In this document: positions 30,376 through 40,124 of the stretch, one piece after another
Layout: each line of letters starts with the position of its first letter
Numbering within the stretch: position 1 is the first letter of the stretch
IMG/VR virus record: IMGVR_UViG_3300022916_001241
Reading direction: 5' to 3' (one strand)
Source of the DNA: an uncultured virus (IMG/VR IMGVR_UViG_3300022916_001241)
Lineage: Duplodnaviria; Heunggongvirae; Uroviricota; Caudoviricetes
Length of the DNA stretch: 57,163 nucleotides
Notes under the pieces: model-generated
The model's database searches: none
What the model was told of the DNA's origin: nothing
What the model saw: the letters and a program-made list of their open reading frames with translations, nothing else
Translations under genes and position numbers: made by a program

Positions 30376-31092
30376 TCAGTTTATCCAATATTTACAAAAC
30401 AACTTCAACAAACCAGCAACTTCACTAACAACAAAATTAGAAAAAACATTACAACCATACCTACTAAAATGAAGTAAATCTGGGGAGAGCCATCTTAACT
30501 GCACAATTTCAGCCGGATCAATAAAATAACAATAGTTCCCAACATATCTCTCCAAATATTTATTAATAACACGACTATCAATATAGTCACGCTTTGATTT
30601 AGCTGCACCTACCCAAAAACACATTGTACCATCTTTATACATTAGATCCAAAAACTTACCAATATATTTATTATATTTTACAACCCTTCTCTTGCCTCTG
30701 TAATTAGAACCTAAAGACACAATAACAACATCATACTCAAAATTACCATTACTCAAAGACTTGAAAACATCCCTATCACATTCGCCAACATTCAAGTTGT
30801 TATTATCACAACCAAGACACCTAATATTGCAATGCCTCTTACCATTAAAAAAGTTATTTAAAATAGCCCCACCTATACCAACAGTAACAACATTGTCCTT
30901 GCCAAAAACATTAACAAGGCCCTTATGTACCTCTTCACCATAGCACCCACAAACATGTGAGTCACCAATATGCAAGACCCTAAAATTACTTTTACTCAAA
31001 TCAAAAGCATATACAGAAACAGTAGTAACCCAAAACAAAATAGCAAATGTTATTACAAAAAATAATGCAAATATAGTAAGTCTATTACTCAT
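30376..31092 (-). CDS. secreted SGNH/GDSL hydrolase
   Basis: signal/TM segment; IGDSH, SLGSN, DLLH. Confidence 0.85.
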   Translation of the reverse strand: MSNRLTIFALFFVITFAILFWVTTVSVYAFDLSKSNFRVLHIGDSHVCGCYGEEVHKGLVNVFGKDNVVTVGIGGAILNNFFNGKRHCNIRCLGCDNNNLNVGECDRDVFKSLSNGNFEYDVVIVSLGSNYRGKRRVVKYNKYIGKFLDLMYKDGTMCFWVGAAKSKRDYIDSRVINKYLERYVGNYCYFIDPAEIVQLRWLSPDLLHFSRYGCNVFSNFVVSEVAGLLKLFCKYWIN

Positions 31093-31119
31093 TAAAAACT
31101 CCAATTTTAAACTAACAAT

Positions 31120-31302
31120 CTAATCTAGAAGAAGCTTCTTATTATCTACGGCAGCAGATGATTCATTAATCTCACCACATTGAGGACAACAATAGTTTAT
31201 AAGGCATTTGCCTTTGTCTTCGTCAGACTCAAAATCCTCATTCACACAAACTGTTGGCATATATTTAACACCACATTTTTTACAAAAAATATAACCTTCC
31301 AT
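31120..31302 (-). CDS. small zinc-ribbon protein
   Basis: CKKCG ... CPQCG. Confidence 0.65.
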   Translation of the reverse strand: MEGYIFCKKCGVKYMPTVCVNEDFESDEDKGKCLINYCCPQCGEINESSAAVDNKKLLLD

Positions 31303-31304
31303 AA

Positions 31305-32849
31305 TCAATCCTCCATATAAATAGTCTTGCCAAAGCCAGGGTTAAAGTCCTTAGATGCATCAGCAGTGCCACACCACATAATCTGACAACTATTCTTAGG
31401 CTTATGCACATCATCACAAGGATAAAGGTCTGTAAGGAAAATACAAGCATCTGAACGGCGGTCCTGGAGTAGTTCGATCACTGGCTGAAAACATGTGCCG
31501 CCCCGACCGGAAAAGCTCCATGTATTCCTAACCTTTTTAACCTTCTCAGTAACCTTAGTAACTCTTGAATCAAACTCCACAACTGTAAGTTCTGCAACAC
31601 GATCAACAATGTCGTTCATTTCTGCCAAGAACTGAGACAAATCGACATCTGAAATACTCCCGCTTGTATCAATTGCCAAAACAAGGTCAGTCTCATACTC
31701 ACGCTTCTTACCAGGGTTCACATAACCAAGGCGACGATCAGGGCGCTTTCGAGTAAAGTTTCTACCCATAAAAATATTCTTCTTTATAAAGAAACGAAGA
31801 GCAGATCGCCAGTCTACCTTTGTTTCATTAGCCTTAATGATCGCAGCATAAAGATCTCCAGGCATAGAGCCAGCTACCTTATTTCCAGCATTACGAAGTG
31901 CCGACTGAGCAGCCCTAGCAATCTTTTCTTTCAAAACGGGATCTTGTGAAATCTGCTCCCAAAAATCGTGAGAGTCAACACCAGAATGGCCAGAGCCACA
32001 ACAGTCAGGACAAAGCTCATATCCATCACCAACATCAATACTGCCGCCTGAGCCATTACTGTCGTTATCAGACTCCTTATCCCCTGATGTGCCGCTGCCA
32101 CCTGGATTACCATCGCCATCACTATCAGCAGAATCAGAGCCGTCGCCTGGGGAAGACTGATTACCATCACCATTTTTTACGATTCCAGTACCATCACAAC
32201 TTTTACAAACGCCGACATCATCATCCTTAAGATTAGCATAGTAATATTCAGCGGACTGCTTAGATTCAAGCTTAAATTTTTCAGGAAAAATTCCATCCAA
32301 ATTTTTACCCATTACCATACAGCTATCAAGGAGATCCTTATTTAGATAACTGTTGACAACGCAGTCACATGCAAGATTCCACTTCCGCCGAATGAAGTTG
32401 CCTCCACCAGAACTAGAATCATTGTCAGAATCAGAAAAAATAAAATCAGAACGTTCAATATGTCTCAACAAAATATGCATTGCCTCATGAGACAAGATCT
32501 CAACCAACTGATTAATATCATTATCATGGAGCATTTGGGGAGCAAAAATAAGAGAGATGTCACTGACCTTGCCACTTTTATTCTTGCGAAGTTTAAACTT
32601 ACGATTCTTGCCATTATCACCATCAATAATATCATAGCATTTGTCATTGCGAGGAGCAACAGCAGCAGTAGGTGGCATAAAATTCTGCAACCTTCGATCC
32701 AAACGAATAAAAACATCACCATAAAGAGCATTCCTAGACAAAAGAGTTGAGATAGTAAGCTCAAGCTTATCCATCAAATCCCTATAAGGAACATCAATCT
32801 CTTTTGGCTTGTCATTCTCGTCAAGATTTTTAAAATCATAAACCTTCAT
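31305..32849 (-). CDS. DUF2201-type putative metallopeptidase with C-terminal vWA domain (MoxR partner)
   Basis: HEAMH, WNLACD..VN, AEYYY, DSH..W, IDTSGSI, GRGGTCF, LTD; start MKVY after GGAGGG. Confidence 0.9.
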   Translation of the reverse strand: MKVYDFKNLDENDKPKEIDVPYRDLMDKLELTISTLLSRNALYGDVFIRLDRRLQNFMPPTAAVAPRNDKCYDIIDGDNGKNRKFKLRKNKSGKVSDISLIFAPQMLHDNDINQLVEILSHEAMHILLRHIERSDFIFSDSDNDSSSGGGNFIRRKWNLACDCVVNSYLNKDLLDSCMVMGKNLDGIFPEKFKLESKQSAEYYYANLKDDDVGVCKSCDGTGIVKNGDGNQSSPGDGSDSADSDGDGNPGGSGTSGDKESDNDSNGSGGSIDVGDGYELCPDCCGSGHSGVDSHDFWEQISQDPVLKEKIARAAQSALRNAGNKVAGSMPGDLYAAIIKANETKVDWRSALRFFIKKNIFMGRNFTRKRPDRRLGYVNPGKKREYETDLVLAIDTSGSISDVDLSQFLAEMNDIVDRVAELTVVEFDSRVTKVTEKVKKVRNTWSFSGRGGTCFQPVIELLQDRRSDACIFLTDLYPCDDVHKPKNSCQIMWCGTADASKDFNPGFGKTIYMED

Positions 32850-32898
32850 CAAACCCTCCATTCCAGTCAAAATGTGAAAATCATCAAGACGCAGACAC

Positions 32899-32940
32899 AC
32901 TGTACCACATTGGCACCCATTTGTTAACCACTTTTGAAAA
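32899..32940 (-). promoter_or_regulatory. conserved promoter TTAACA-N17-TACAGT
   Basis: minus strand ttttcaaaagtggTTAACAaatgggtgccaatgtggTACAGT. Confidence 0.8.
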
Positions 32941-35028
32941 TTATTTTTTATTGAGCCACAAAATTTTATTAAGTTGTGAAAAAATTCCAGTTAATTTATA
33001 CACACTACCTTTCCAATTAAACACAATGCCCTCAATAACACTAGAAAGATCAATATCATCACTGCCGCTATCTGATAATAATTCAAGCGCCCTATTTAAC
33101 CTACTAACCTTATCATCATCATTAGAAGATAATATAGAGTTAATTTCATTATCAATAAGCTTAGCCAAACGCTTAGCCTCATCATCCTTATTGTTAAGCA
33201 AACCAGACTCTATCTGCTGTAAAACATGTATACCAAATTTTATAAATATCACCATTAATGGCCTTAAGTATTGATTCTTCAGTTTACTAGTATTAGGGTC
33301 AGACAAGAACACCTTAAGCTCATTAAACAAATCAACATCACTAATCTTCTTTTTAAGTTGATTAATAGTTATTGCCTTTTTGTCATTAAATGCCATTCTC
33401 TTAGCAAGTAAATCAACTAAGCTATCATCATTTAAATCATATTTATCAAACAACTTACCTAGAGCCTTATAAAACTTATCATACAAATAATCAGAAATAG
33501 TACTATCATTACTTAAATTTTCAGAACTATTAGTAATCGATTTAATCATACCCTTAACCTCGCCAATAAATCCATCGTCAAAACTAACATTGTCAATATT
33601 ATGTTTTACATCTGACATAACATTCCACAACTTTTGTGATTTTTTTACAACCACATTTAACCTATCAAACAAATTGTCGTTACAAAGATACTCATTACAA
33701 CCAATAAACTCCCTTTTATCATTATCAAAACTCACAACATTATGAAAAACAATATAATTCTTACCATATCTTATTACATTGTTGTGATCGTTATAAATAA
33801 TTTCAACGCTCACCCACTTGTTATCACTTAGCACCTCTTTAATATCATTGCCAACCCTAACAAACACATCACTTATGACATCAGAAGAATGCTTAAACAA
33901 ATCATACAAACTTCCCCTACCAGCAAACTTACCACACAATTCGTCTTTTGTTAACCCCCCTCGAACAACTTCTCCAACATTTCTAGCAAATACCACAACA
34001 TTTCTATCGTCATCCCAAGATACAAAAATATTTACACCATCTGTCTTCTCAACCACATTATCAATTTTGCCAAACTTAAAGTCATCAACTAAGTCAGCCA
34101 AATCTGAGAACTTTAAATTAACATTCTCATATGGGTGCATTATATGACCACCCAGACCTCCACACAACAGCAGCCTGCCACCTAAAAAATCTCTTTTATT
34201 AACCTCATTAATACCATTAACATCAATACCATTATGATCATATATATGTCCAATTATATCTCTAACCTTACCATACTTAACTACTTGTGGCATTGACATG
34301 TAAAATTTCTTTATATCCCCATCACATATAGCCTGCCGAACATCAGTAGAGTTTGGAAAGGCTGGAGACTCGAATTGTTCTACATTAATACAATCACAAC
34401 CATATTTATCACCAAAGTTATTAATAAAATAATCAAACCTACCTGAATCTTTACTTCCAACAAACAATTTAACCTCCTTAAAATCAAAACCATTATTTAA
34501 ATAACCGTCAATAGAATCCCAAACATACTTAAAGGGACTTTCATCAACATAAATAAATTTAACCACGCCACTGTTAACGTACCCTTTAAATACATTAAAA
34601 ATGTGCTCAGTGATATCAAAATCAAAAATCAACTCTTTGTTATACAAATTAGAAAAACATGTTCTTTTAGATTTAGTAGAAGAAACGACAAACAGCTTGT
34701 CACACTTGCTAGCTGCTTCAATAATATGATTAAAATGAGCTAAGTGAGGGGGCCGGAAACCACCAATGAAATACCCAACAACACCAACGTTAGGTTTGTC
34801 AACAACACCCCCTTCTTCACTTAAACAAATGTCATATAAATCATATTCTTCATAAGGGAGGCCATTGAAATCATAATAACTACCACTACCAACAAGACAA
34901 TCAGAAGAGCTAGCACCACGATAAGAAGAAAATTCAATTGCAGGACGATCTACATTCGGCACTAAACTAATTTCCTGGATTACCTTCTTTTTCTTGTCAG
35001 ACAAACCATTACTTCTCCATAGAACCAT
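32941..35028 (-). CDS. cytidylyltransferase-like (HxGH) domain fused to a KxDG ligase-like domain
   Basis: GGFRPPHLAH...STDVR; GGHIMHPYE, EKTDG.N, EGIVF...YKLTG.F. Confidence 0.7.
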   Translation of the reverse strand: MVLWRSNGLSDKKKKVIQEISLVPNVDRPAIEFSSYRGASSSDCLVGSGSYYDFNGLPYEEYDLYDICLSEEGGVVDKPNVGVVGYFIGGFRPPHLAHFNHIIEAASKCDKLFVVSSTKSKRTCFSNLYNKELIFDFDITEHIFNVFKGYVNSGVVKFIYVDESPFKYVWDSIDGYLNNGFDFKEVKLFVGSKDSGRFDYFINNFGDKYGCDCINVEQFESPAFPNSTDVRQAICDGDIKKFYMSMPQVVKYGKVRDIIGHIYDHNGIDVNGINEVNKRDFLGGRLLLCGGLGGHIMHPYENVNLKFSDLADLVDDFKFGKIDNVVEKTDGVNIFVSWDDDRNVVVFARNVGEVVRGGLTKDELCGKFAGRGSLYDLFKHSSDVISDVFVRVGNDIKEVLSDNKWVSVEIIYNDHNNVIRYGKNYIVFHNVVSFDNDKREFIGCNEYLCNDNLFDRLNVVVKKSQKLWNVMSDVKHNIDNVSFDDGFIGEVKGMIKSITNSSENLSNDSTISDYLYDKFYKALGKLFDKYDLNDDSLVDLLAKRMAFNDKKAITINQLKKKISDVDLFNELKVFLSDPNTSKLKNQYLRPLMVIFIKFGIHVLQQIESGLLNNKDDEAKRLAKLIDNEINSILSSNDDDKVSRLNRALELLSDSGSDDIDLSSVIEGIVFNWKGSVYKLTGIFSQLNKILWLNKK

Positions 35029-35365
35029 TTAAAATCATAGCCAACAAACAATCTTTAATATCTTTTATAGTTGCCTCAGACTCCCCCACTCCATTCATAT
35101 ACAAATTAACTTCTTCATAAAACCCACACTTATCCATAGTTTGTGAAGAAGTAGGAATGCTCTCTCCAGACTTTAAAGCCAACATTATACATTTTTCTAG
35201 AGAAGATAAAACAACGTTATCATCAAAAAATTTAGTAAACAAATCACCATCAAAAAAGATATTCTCATTTAAGGCATCAATATGTTCATCATCAATCACC
35301 TCCACTTCTTTGTTATTAAAAACATCAGAAATGCCTTCCAGTAAAATATTTAAATGCTTTTTCAT
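35009..35365 (-). CDS. hypothetical protein
   Basis: ORF tiling; GGAG RBS. Confidence 0.65.
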   Translation of the reverse strand: MKKHLNILLEGISDVFNNKEVEVIDDEHIDALNENIFFDGDLFTKFFDDNVVLSSLEKCIMLALKSGESIPTSSQTMDKCGFYEEVNLYMNGVGESEATIKDIKDCLLAMILNGSMEK

Positions 35366-35390
35366 TAACACTAAAAGTTCTCCATAAAAA

Positions 35391-35735
35391 TTAAACTATC
35401 AAACTATGCAAATCCTTATAAGCACCATCTTTATAGCCGTCACCGTACTTGCTAGATAACTGGCCTGACATAACATCAATAACGGATGAAGACTCAAATA
35501 AATACTTATACGCCAAATCAGGCCTTGCATAATCAATACACTCGATAGCCTTTATTAAATCAATGTTTTTAACGCCAACATTCTCCAAGCCATTCTTAAC
35601 CGAAATAACTATACTTCTTACTAACGGCAAAAACCCTGGATCATTCTTCCACTTATTAGGATCTGCTAATGACAACAACTTGCTAACACAATCACTAATC
35701 CTTTCAGTCTGCAAACTAGTTAAATTATTACCCAT
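35391..35735 (-). CDS. hypothetical protein
   Basis: GGAGG RBS. Confidence 0.7.
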   Translation of the reverse strand: MGNNLTSLQTERISDCVSKLLSLADPNKWKNDPGFLPLVRSIVISVKNGLENVGVKNIDLIKAIECIDYARPDLAYKYLFESSSVIDVMSGQLSSKYGDGYKDGAYKDLHSLIV

Positions 35736-35747
35736 AATACCTCCACT

Positions 35748-36245
35748 TTATTTTAATAAACTTACAAAATATATTGAACCAAATATAATAACTGCCGCTG
35801 TACCAACACCAACAGAAAACCAAACTATCTTTTTACCAGAACTAAAGTCATTTGTTGAATTGTTCAAATTAATATAATCATTAGAAAGCTTTTGAAACTT
35901 ATCGTTAACAACAATAAAATCATTCCTCTCCTTTTCAACTAATAAATTACATTTATCCAAATCCAACTGATACTTTAATTTAACTTTTACAACAAATGCT
36001 AAATGTTCAGCACGCAACTTTTCAGCAATTCTATCTAATTCAATATAAGAAATTTTATTATCACAATACTCTAACTCTACCTTTAACCTAGTCGCATAAG
36101 GAATAGTAAAACACATTGAATCTACTAAAACCTTTTCACCATAAGAAACATATGTAGCGCCCTTAATAATCTCATCAGCCAAAACGTTAAAAGAAAAACC
36201 AATGCAAATAAATACCACAATAATAAATCTAAATATTTTAATCAT
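35748..36245 (-). CDS. signal-peptide, coiled-coil, C-terminal TM protein
   Basis: MIKIFRFIIVVFICIGFSFNVLA-DE; C-terminal WFSVGVGTAAVIIFGSIYFV. Confidence 0.7.
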   Translation of the reverse strand: MIKIFRFIIVVFICIGFSFNVLADEIIKGATYVSYGEKVLVDSMCFTIPYATRLKVELEYCDNKISYIELDRIAEKLRAEHLAFVVKVKLKYQLDLDKCNLLVEKERNDFIVVNDKFQKLSNDYINLNNSTNDFSSGKKIVWFSVGVGTAAVIIFGSIYFVSLLK

Positions 36246-36269
36246 AATAAAACCTTATTACTTTACAAA

Positions 36270-36398
36270 TTACAAACAAGCAACTGCAAATGTCAAAATA
36301 AAAATCATAATACTTAAACCAAAAAAAACCTTATACCCATTGTCAATAAATACTTTAAAACACCTATTAGAATCATAAAAAACTTTCAATTTATTCAT
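36270..36398 (-). CDS. 42-aa membrane peptide (not in ORF track)
   Basis: MNKLKVFYDSNRCFKVFIDNGYKVFFGLSIMIFILTFAVACL*, translated by hand; GGGAG RBS; fills the gap between neighbours. Confidence 0.55.
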   Translation of the reverse strand: MNKLKVFYDSNRCFKVFIDNGYKVFFGLSIMIFILTFAVACL

Positions 36399-36422
36399 AA
36401 GTTAAAACTCCCATTTTACTTT

Positions 36423-36731
36423 TTACTTCCTATTGTTATTATTAATTAACTGATCCCTAATATCACCCAACAATCCAGTTATTTTATCGACTTCTTTATT
36501 CTGAAACTCTGTGTGCAATTTTCCAGTCAAAAAAAACTCTTTAGAGCTATTATTATGATCCTCAACATTATTATTAAGATCATTAATTGAACACTTAAGC
36601 TCATCAAGCTTTTCCACAACAGATTTTTTCATAGTTATAAAATCAAAAACTTTTTTTATAAGCAATAATATAACACCAGACAACAAAGAGAAAACAGCAG
36701 CACAAATAGTCGCTATAATTTTAACTTCCAA
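36423..36731 (-). CDS. single-TM coiled-coil protein (holin-like)
   Basis: N-terminal TM followed by a coiled coil. Confidence 0.55.
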   Translation of the reverse strand: MEVKIIATICAAVFSLLSGVILLLIKKVFDFITMKKSVVEKLDELKCSINDLNNNVEDHNNSSKEFFLTGKLHTEFQNKEVDKITGLLGDIRDQLINNNNRK

Positions 36732-36763
36732 TTAATTATTTCTCCATAAGCTAAATACAACAA

Positions 36764-37180
36764 TCACAGCCTATCATTAAACCATCCTTCCAAATCTTCA
36801 GGATTCTTTTCATAATGTTCAGTTTGATTATCAATTTTATTCTTTATTTCATTTTTAACTTCTTCTTTTTTAACATCATATTTATTATCTATATCTTTTA
36901 TATCATCATGTAACTTCTTGTCAACTTCTTCAATATTGTTATCATATTTTTTATTAAGCTTCTTACAATCTTCCACATATTTTTTACTACTATCAGATAT
37001 TTTAGAAATTATATCATTATACATATTCAAAACATTTTTATTGTTATCTCTAACCTTTTTGCCTTTAACTTTGTCCTTAATAAACATTGTCAAAAAAAAT
37101 AAAGCAAACAAACCTAAAGCTAACACTGGAACATACCAATAATTCTTAATGAACAATAAAAACTTTTTAAAAGTAAACAT
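36764..37180 (-). CDS. N-terminal TM plus coiled-coil protein (spanin-like architecture)
   Basis: YWYVPVLALGLFALFFLTMFI then a charged helix. Confidence 0.55.
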   Translation of the reverse strand: MFTFKKFLLFIKNYWYVPVLALGLFALFFLTMFIKDKVKGKKVRDNNKNVLNMYNDIISKISDSSKKYVEDCKKLNKKYDNNIEEVDKKLHDDIKDIDNKYDVKKEEVKNEIKNKIDNQTEHYEKNPEDLEGWFNDRL

Positions 37181-37182
37181 TA

Positions 37183-37782
37183 TTAAACAGCATTACCATC
37201 ACTATTAAACATATCTGATAGGTTAACTCTATCTAAGGTTGATAAAAACCCATCCGAATTAGCGCCAACAACTCTTAAAACCTTTCCAACAAAATCATCA
37301 TAAACAACATTATCATCCAACTCAGACGCATCTTTGTCCATAAAAATCTTATCTACAACGTCACCTAAGCCATTAATATTGTTTGCTATAATATCATTAA
37401 TATATTCCATAACGTTAATGTTGGAATAATTAGTCCCAACATCAATAATTCCTTCTTCAACATCAGATCTCAACATATCAGACACTGCCGTAACAAACTT
37501 ATCTACAACATTTTCAATATAAGGTAATCGTTCAAACTCTGAAAAGCTGGCCTTTAAAGCATCCATCAATGGATATAGATCATTGACAACTTTAATAAGT
37601 TCCTCACAACCATTAACACCAAGCTTAGAAGCTTGATCAGCTTTTATAATAATTTCATTACACTTATCTTTTACCTTTTGCAAAATATCTGCTGGAATTG
37701 TTTGACCTGTGATTGCCTCTGAAACAAGCTTGTCAAATTTACTATCTAAATCTCTATCAAAAATATCATTAATTAAAGACAT
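37183..37782 (-). CDS. hypothetical protein
   Basis: ORF tiling. Confidence 0.7.
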   Translation of the reverse strand: MSLINDIFDRDLDSKFDKLVSEAITGQTIPADILQKVKDKCNEIIIKADQASKLGVNGCEELIKVVNDLYPLMDALKASFSEFERLPYIENVVDKFVTAVSDMLRSDVEEGIIDVGTNYSNINVMEYINDIIANNINGLGDVVDKIFMDKDASELDDNVVYDDFVGKVLRVVGANSDGFLSTLDRVNLSDMFNSDGNAV

Positions 37783-37787
37783 GTTAT

Positions 37788-38339
37788 TTATTCTCCATTA
37801 TCAAATTCAAAATCTTCTTCTTTTACATCAAAATTTACATTAAATGAAATCTTAGCTAACCTTTTAGAATCTAAACCATAATTTTTTTCAAGAAAGTTTA
37901 AACTCCTATTATAAACAACCTTTTTAATAGACAACAAGTCTTCAGTATGTTGCATTAACCTTGCCATATTAGCAACAAAAACATCAACATCAATTTTGTC
38001 TAACTTCCTATCGGGCTTAGAAGGAGAGTCAACATTGACTTTTAGCTTTAAATTATTTTTAATGCCCTTGTCATCCTCACCCTCTTCATTTAATATATCA
38101 ATATTTTCCCTTAAAACACTAGACACATAATCATTTCCAAAAAACTTAACGCTCTCAGTCTTTTGTACAGAACTGTCAATGTCTGATGTTGGTGGCGCAC
38201 CAGATAAATCTAAATCATCCCCAATAGAAGGCTTGATCTGTGCTGCGTTTTTTTCTGCATCAATAATAAAGGAGTCAATTTGCGAATCGGCAGAAGAATC
38301 CGCAAGCTTTTTTTCTAATAATAATACTTTGTTATTCAT
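37788..38339 (-). CDS. hypothetical acidic phage protein
   Basis: ORF tiling. Confidence 0.7.
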   Translation of the reverse strand: MNNKVLLLEKKLADSSADSQIDSFIIDAEKNAAQIKPSIGDDLDLSGAPPTSDIDSSVQKTESVKFFGNDYVSSVLRENIDILNEEGEDDKGIKNNLKLKVNVDSPSKPDRKLDKIDVDVFVANMARLMQHTEDLLSIKKVVYNRSLNFLEKNYGLDSKRLAKISFNVNFDVKEEDFEFDNGE

Positions 38340-38356
38340 AAAATAAATTTCCTATA

Positions 38357-38608
38357 TTAATCTTTCTTAAAGTTCTTTTTTTTACCCTTACTACCCTTAC
38401 TACCCTTAACTTTCCTACTACCACCATACTTCTTCTTAACAATGTTTTTTTCAACATCAACAACATCTTCAACAACATCTTCAACAACATCTTCAACAAC
38501 ATCTTCTTCCCTTTTAGTCTTAACTTCTAGCTTGGGCTTTGGCCTTGACCCTTTAATTACTTTCTTTTTAATCTTAGCACGCTTAATGTTAGCTAACGTT
38601 TGACCCAT
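38357..38608 (-). CDS. small Lys-rich protein with (EDVV)4 repeat
   Basis: GGAGG RBS; tandem repeat. Confidence 0.7.
   Translation of the reverse strand: MGQTLANIKRAKIKKKVIKGSRPKPKLEVKTKREEDVVEDVVEDVVEDVVDVEKNIVKKKYGGSRKVKGSKGSKGKKKNFKKD
38459..38506 (+). repeat. 12-bp tandem repeat x4 (aacaacatcttc)
   Basis: four perfect copies, in frame. Confidence 0.95.
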
Positions 38609-38964
38609 TATTCTTCCTCCAATATTTTATCAATTTGTTGATCAGTAATAGATACAGGCATTTTCATATTATAAAAAATACCATTTAAATTATCAGAGAA
38701 GTACATGTAAACGAAAGGATCGTCAGAGACATCAGCACTCTGACAAACCTCACAATCGCACTCTTCTTCTGAATCTTCCTCATCTGTATGTTTTTCCATT
38801 TTTTCAATAACATCAATAGTATCGGCAAAATAGCTAATTAAAAACTCATGCTCTTTTTTGTCAACAATTATATTTGTACCATCTTTTAAGCCCTTATATA
38901 GCATATCAACATCTACATCAGGTTGCTTTTGTTCTATATTATCTTCTTTGTTGTCTTTACTCAT
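38608..38964 (-). CDS. hypothetical acidic protein with CxCxxC
   Basis: ECDCEVC. Confidence 0.65.
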   Translation of the reverse strand: MSKDNKEDNIEQKQPDVDVDMLYKGLKDGTNIIVDKKEHEFLISYFADTIDVIEKMEKHTDEEDSEEECDCEVCQSADVSDDPFVYMYFSDNLNGIFYNMKMPVSITDQQIDKILEEE

Positions 38965-39038
38965 ACACACCTATCCAACATAAAAAACATTACACAACTA
39001 TAAGTATATTGCTAAAACCAAAAAAAACAAAAATATTT

Positions 39039-40124
39039 TTAAACAGTGTGAGGAACATCAGAAAAAATCAATTCAATATTAGGAAAAGCTCGATGAAGGC
39101 GCTCAGAAATAAAGTATTCCATATCATCATAATTAGAAAACTTAATATTTGGGTTTCTTATTTCAAAATGATTCAACTCTTTTATTACATCAACTTTAGA
39201 AAAAATGACAACATCAACACCATTGACAATAATAGCACGAACTAACAAGCCCAAATCCAACCAATTACATTGTCTAGATCTGCCAGTAGTTGCGCCATAT
39301 TCATTTCCTAGCTTTTGCAACTCATTAAAAATATCACCATCACCATGAAAATCCTTTGTTCCAACATATGTCTCATAAATTTTTGCACAACCATAAACTT
39401 TACGCAATGTTTTCGGAGAAACACCATTTAAAAACGCAGAACTAGCAATACAATTAGAGGAAGTAACATATGGATAATCACCAAAAGATAAATCTAAGCC
39501 AAAACCTTGTGCGCCTTCAAATAATATGCGTGTTGTACCACTATGCTTATCAGACTTATTAAACAACTGTACAGGATCACAAATAAAATCATCTAATTCA
39601 GGTATGTCTTCTGCCCTACTAGAATTCTTAAGAACACGATCTCTATACGCAAAAGTAATGCCTCTTTTTGTACTACCAATATAATCCATTTCCTCATCCT
39701 CAAGAATATTATCATCAGTAATAATGTGAGTATTATAAGAAATTTTAATATTATCACTATTAACATTAATACCATTATCATTTAAATATTTGAGTTCCTT
39801 AAAGAACTTATTAACATGAAGCAAACAATTGGGACCAATTACCGAAACAGTTCGTAAATCACTAAAAGCACCTGCTGGAACAAAATGAGTAACCAACTTC
39901 TTACCTTTTTTATAAATAGTATGGCCAGCATTATCACCACCATTATACCTAACACAATAATCATAAAAATATTTATCTAACAACCATTTAGTAACTTTGC
40001 CTTTAGCACAATCACCATATTGTAAACCAACAATTACGTCAGAAGAAATTTCTTTTAAGCCAAAGTTTAAAATATCCCTATCAACACCATCAACACCATT
40101 GTCATTAAAATTAAAATTTCGCAT
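39039..40124 (-). CDS. purA: adenylosuccinate synthetase (short form)
   Basis: GLQYGDCAKGK, GGDNAGHT, GSTKRGI, EGAQGFGLD, YPYVTSS, YGATTGRSRQ. Confidence 0.95.
   Translation of the reverse strand: MRNFNFNDNGVDGVDRDILNFGLKEISSDVIVGLQYGDCAKGKVTKWLLDKYFYDYCVRYNGGDNAGHTIYKKGKKLVTHFVPAGAFSDLRTVSVIGPNCLLHVNKFFKELKYLNDNGINVNSDNIKISYNTHIITDDNILEDEEMDYIGSTKRGITFAYRDRVLKNSSRAEDIPELDDFICDPVQLFNKSDKHSGTTRILFEGAQGFGLDLSFGDYPYVTSSNCIASSAFLNGVSPKTLRKVYGCAKIYETYVGTKDFHGDGDIFNELQKLGNEYGATTGRSRQCNWLDLGLLVRAIIVNGVDVVIFSKVDVIKELNHFEIRNPNIKFSNYDDMEYFISERLHRAFPNIELIFSDVPHTV

Noticed and set aside
39039..40124. PurZ (diaminopurine Z-genome) assignment
   Set aside because: It keeps the PurA catalytic Asp (YGDCAKGK, not GSTGKG) and the GATTGR.R loop, so it reads as PurA.
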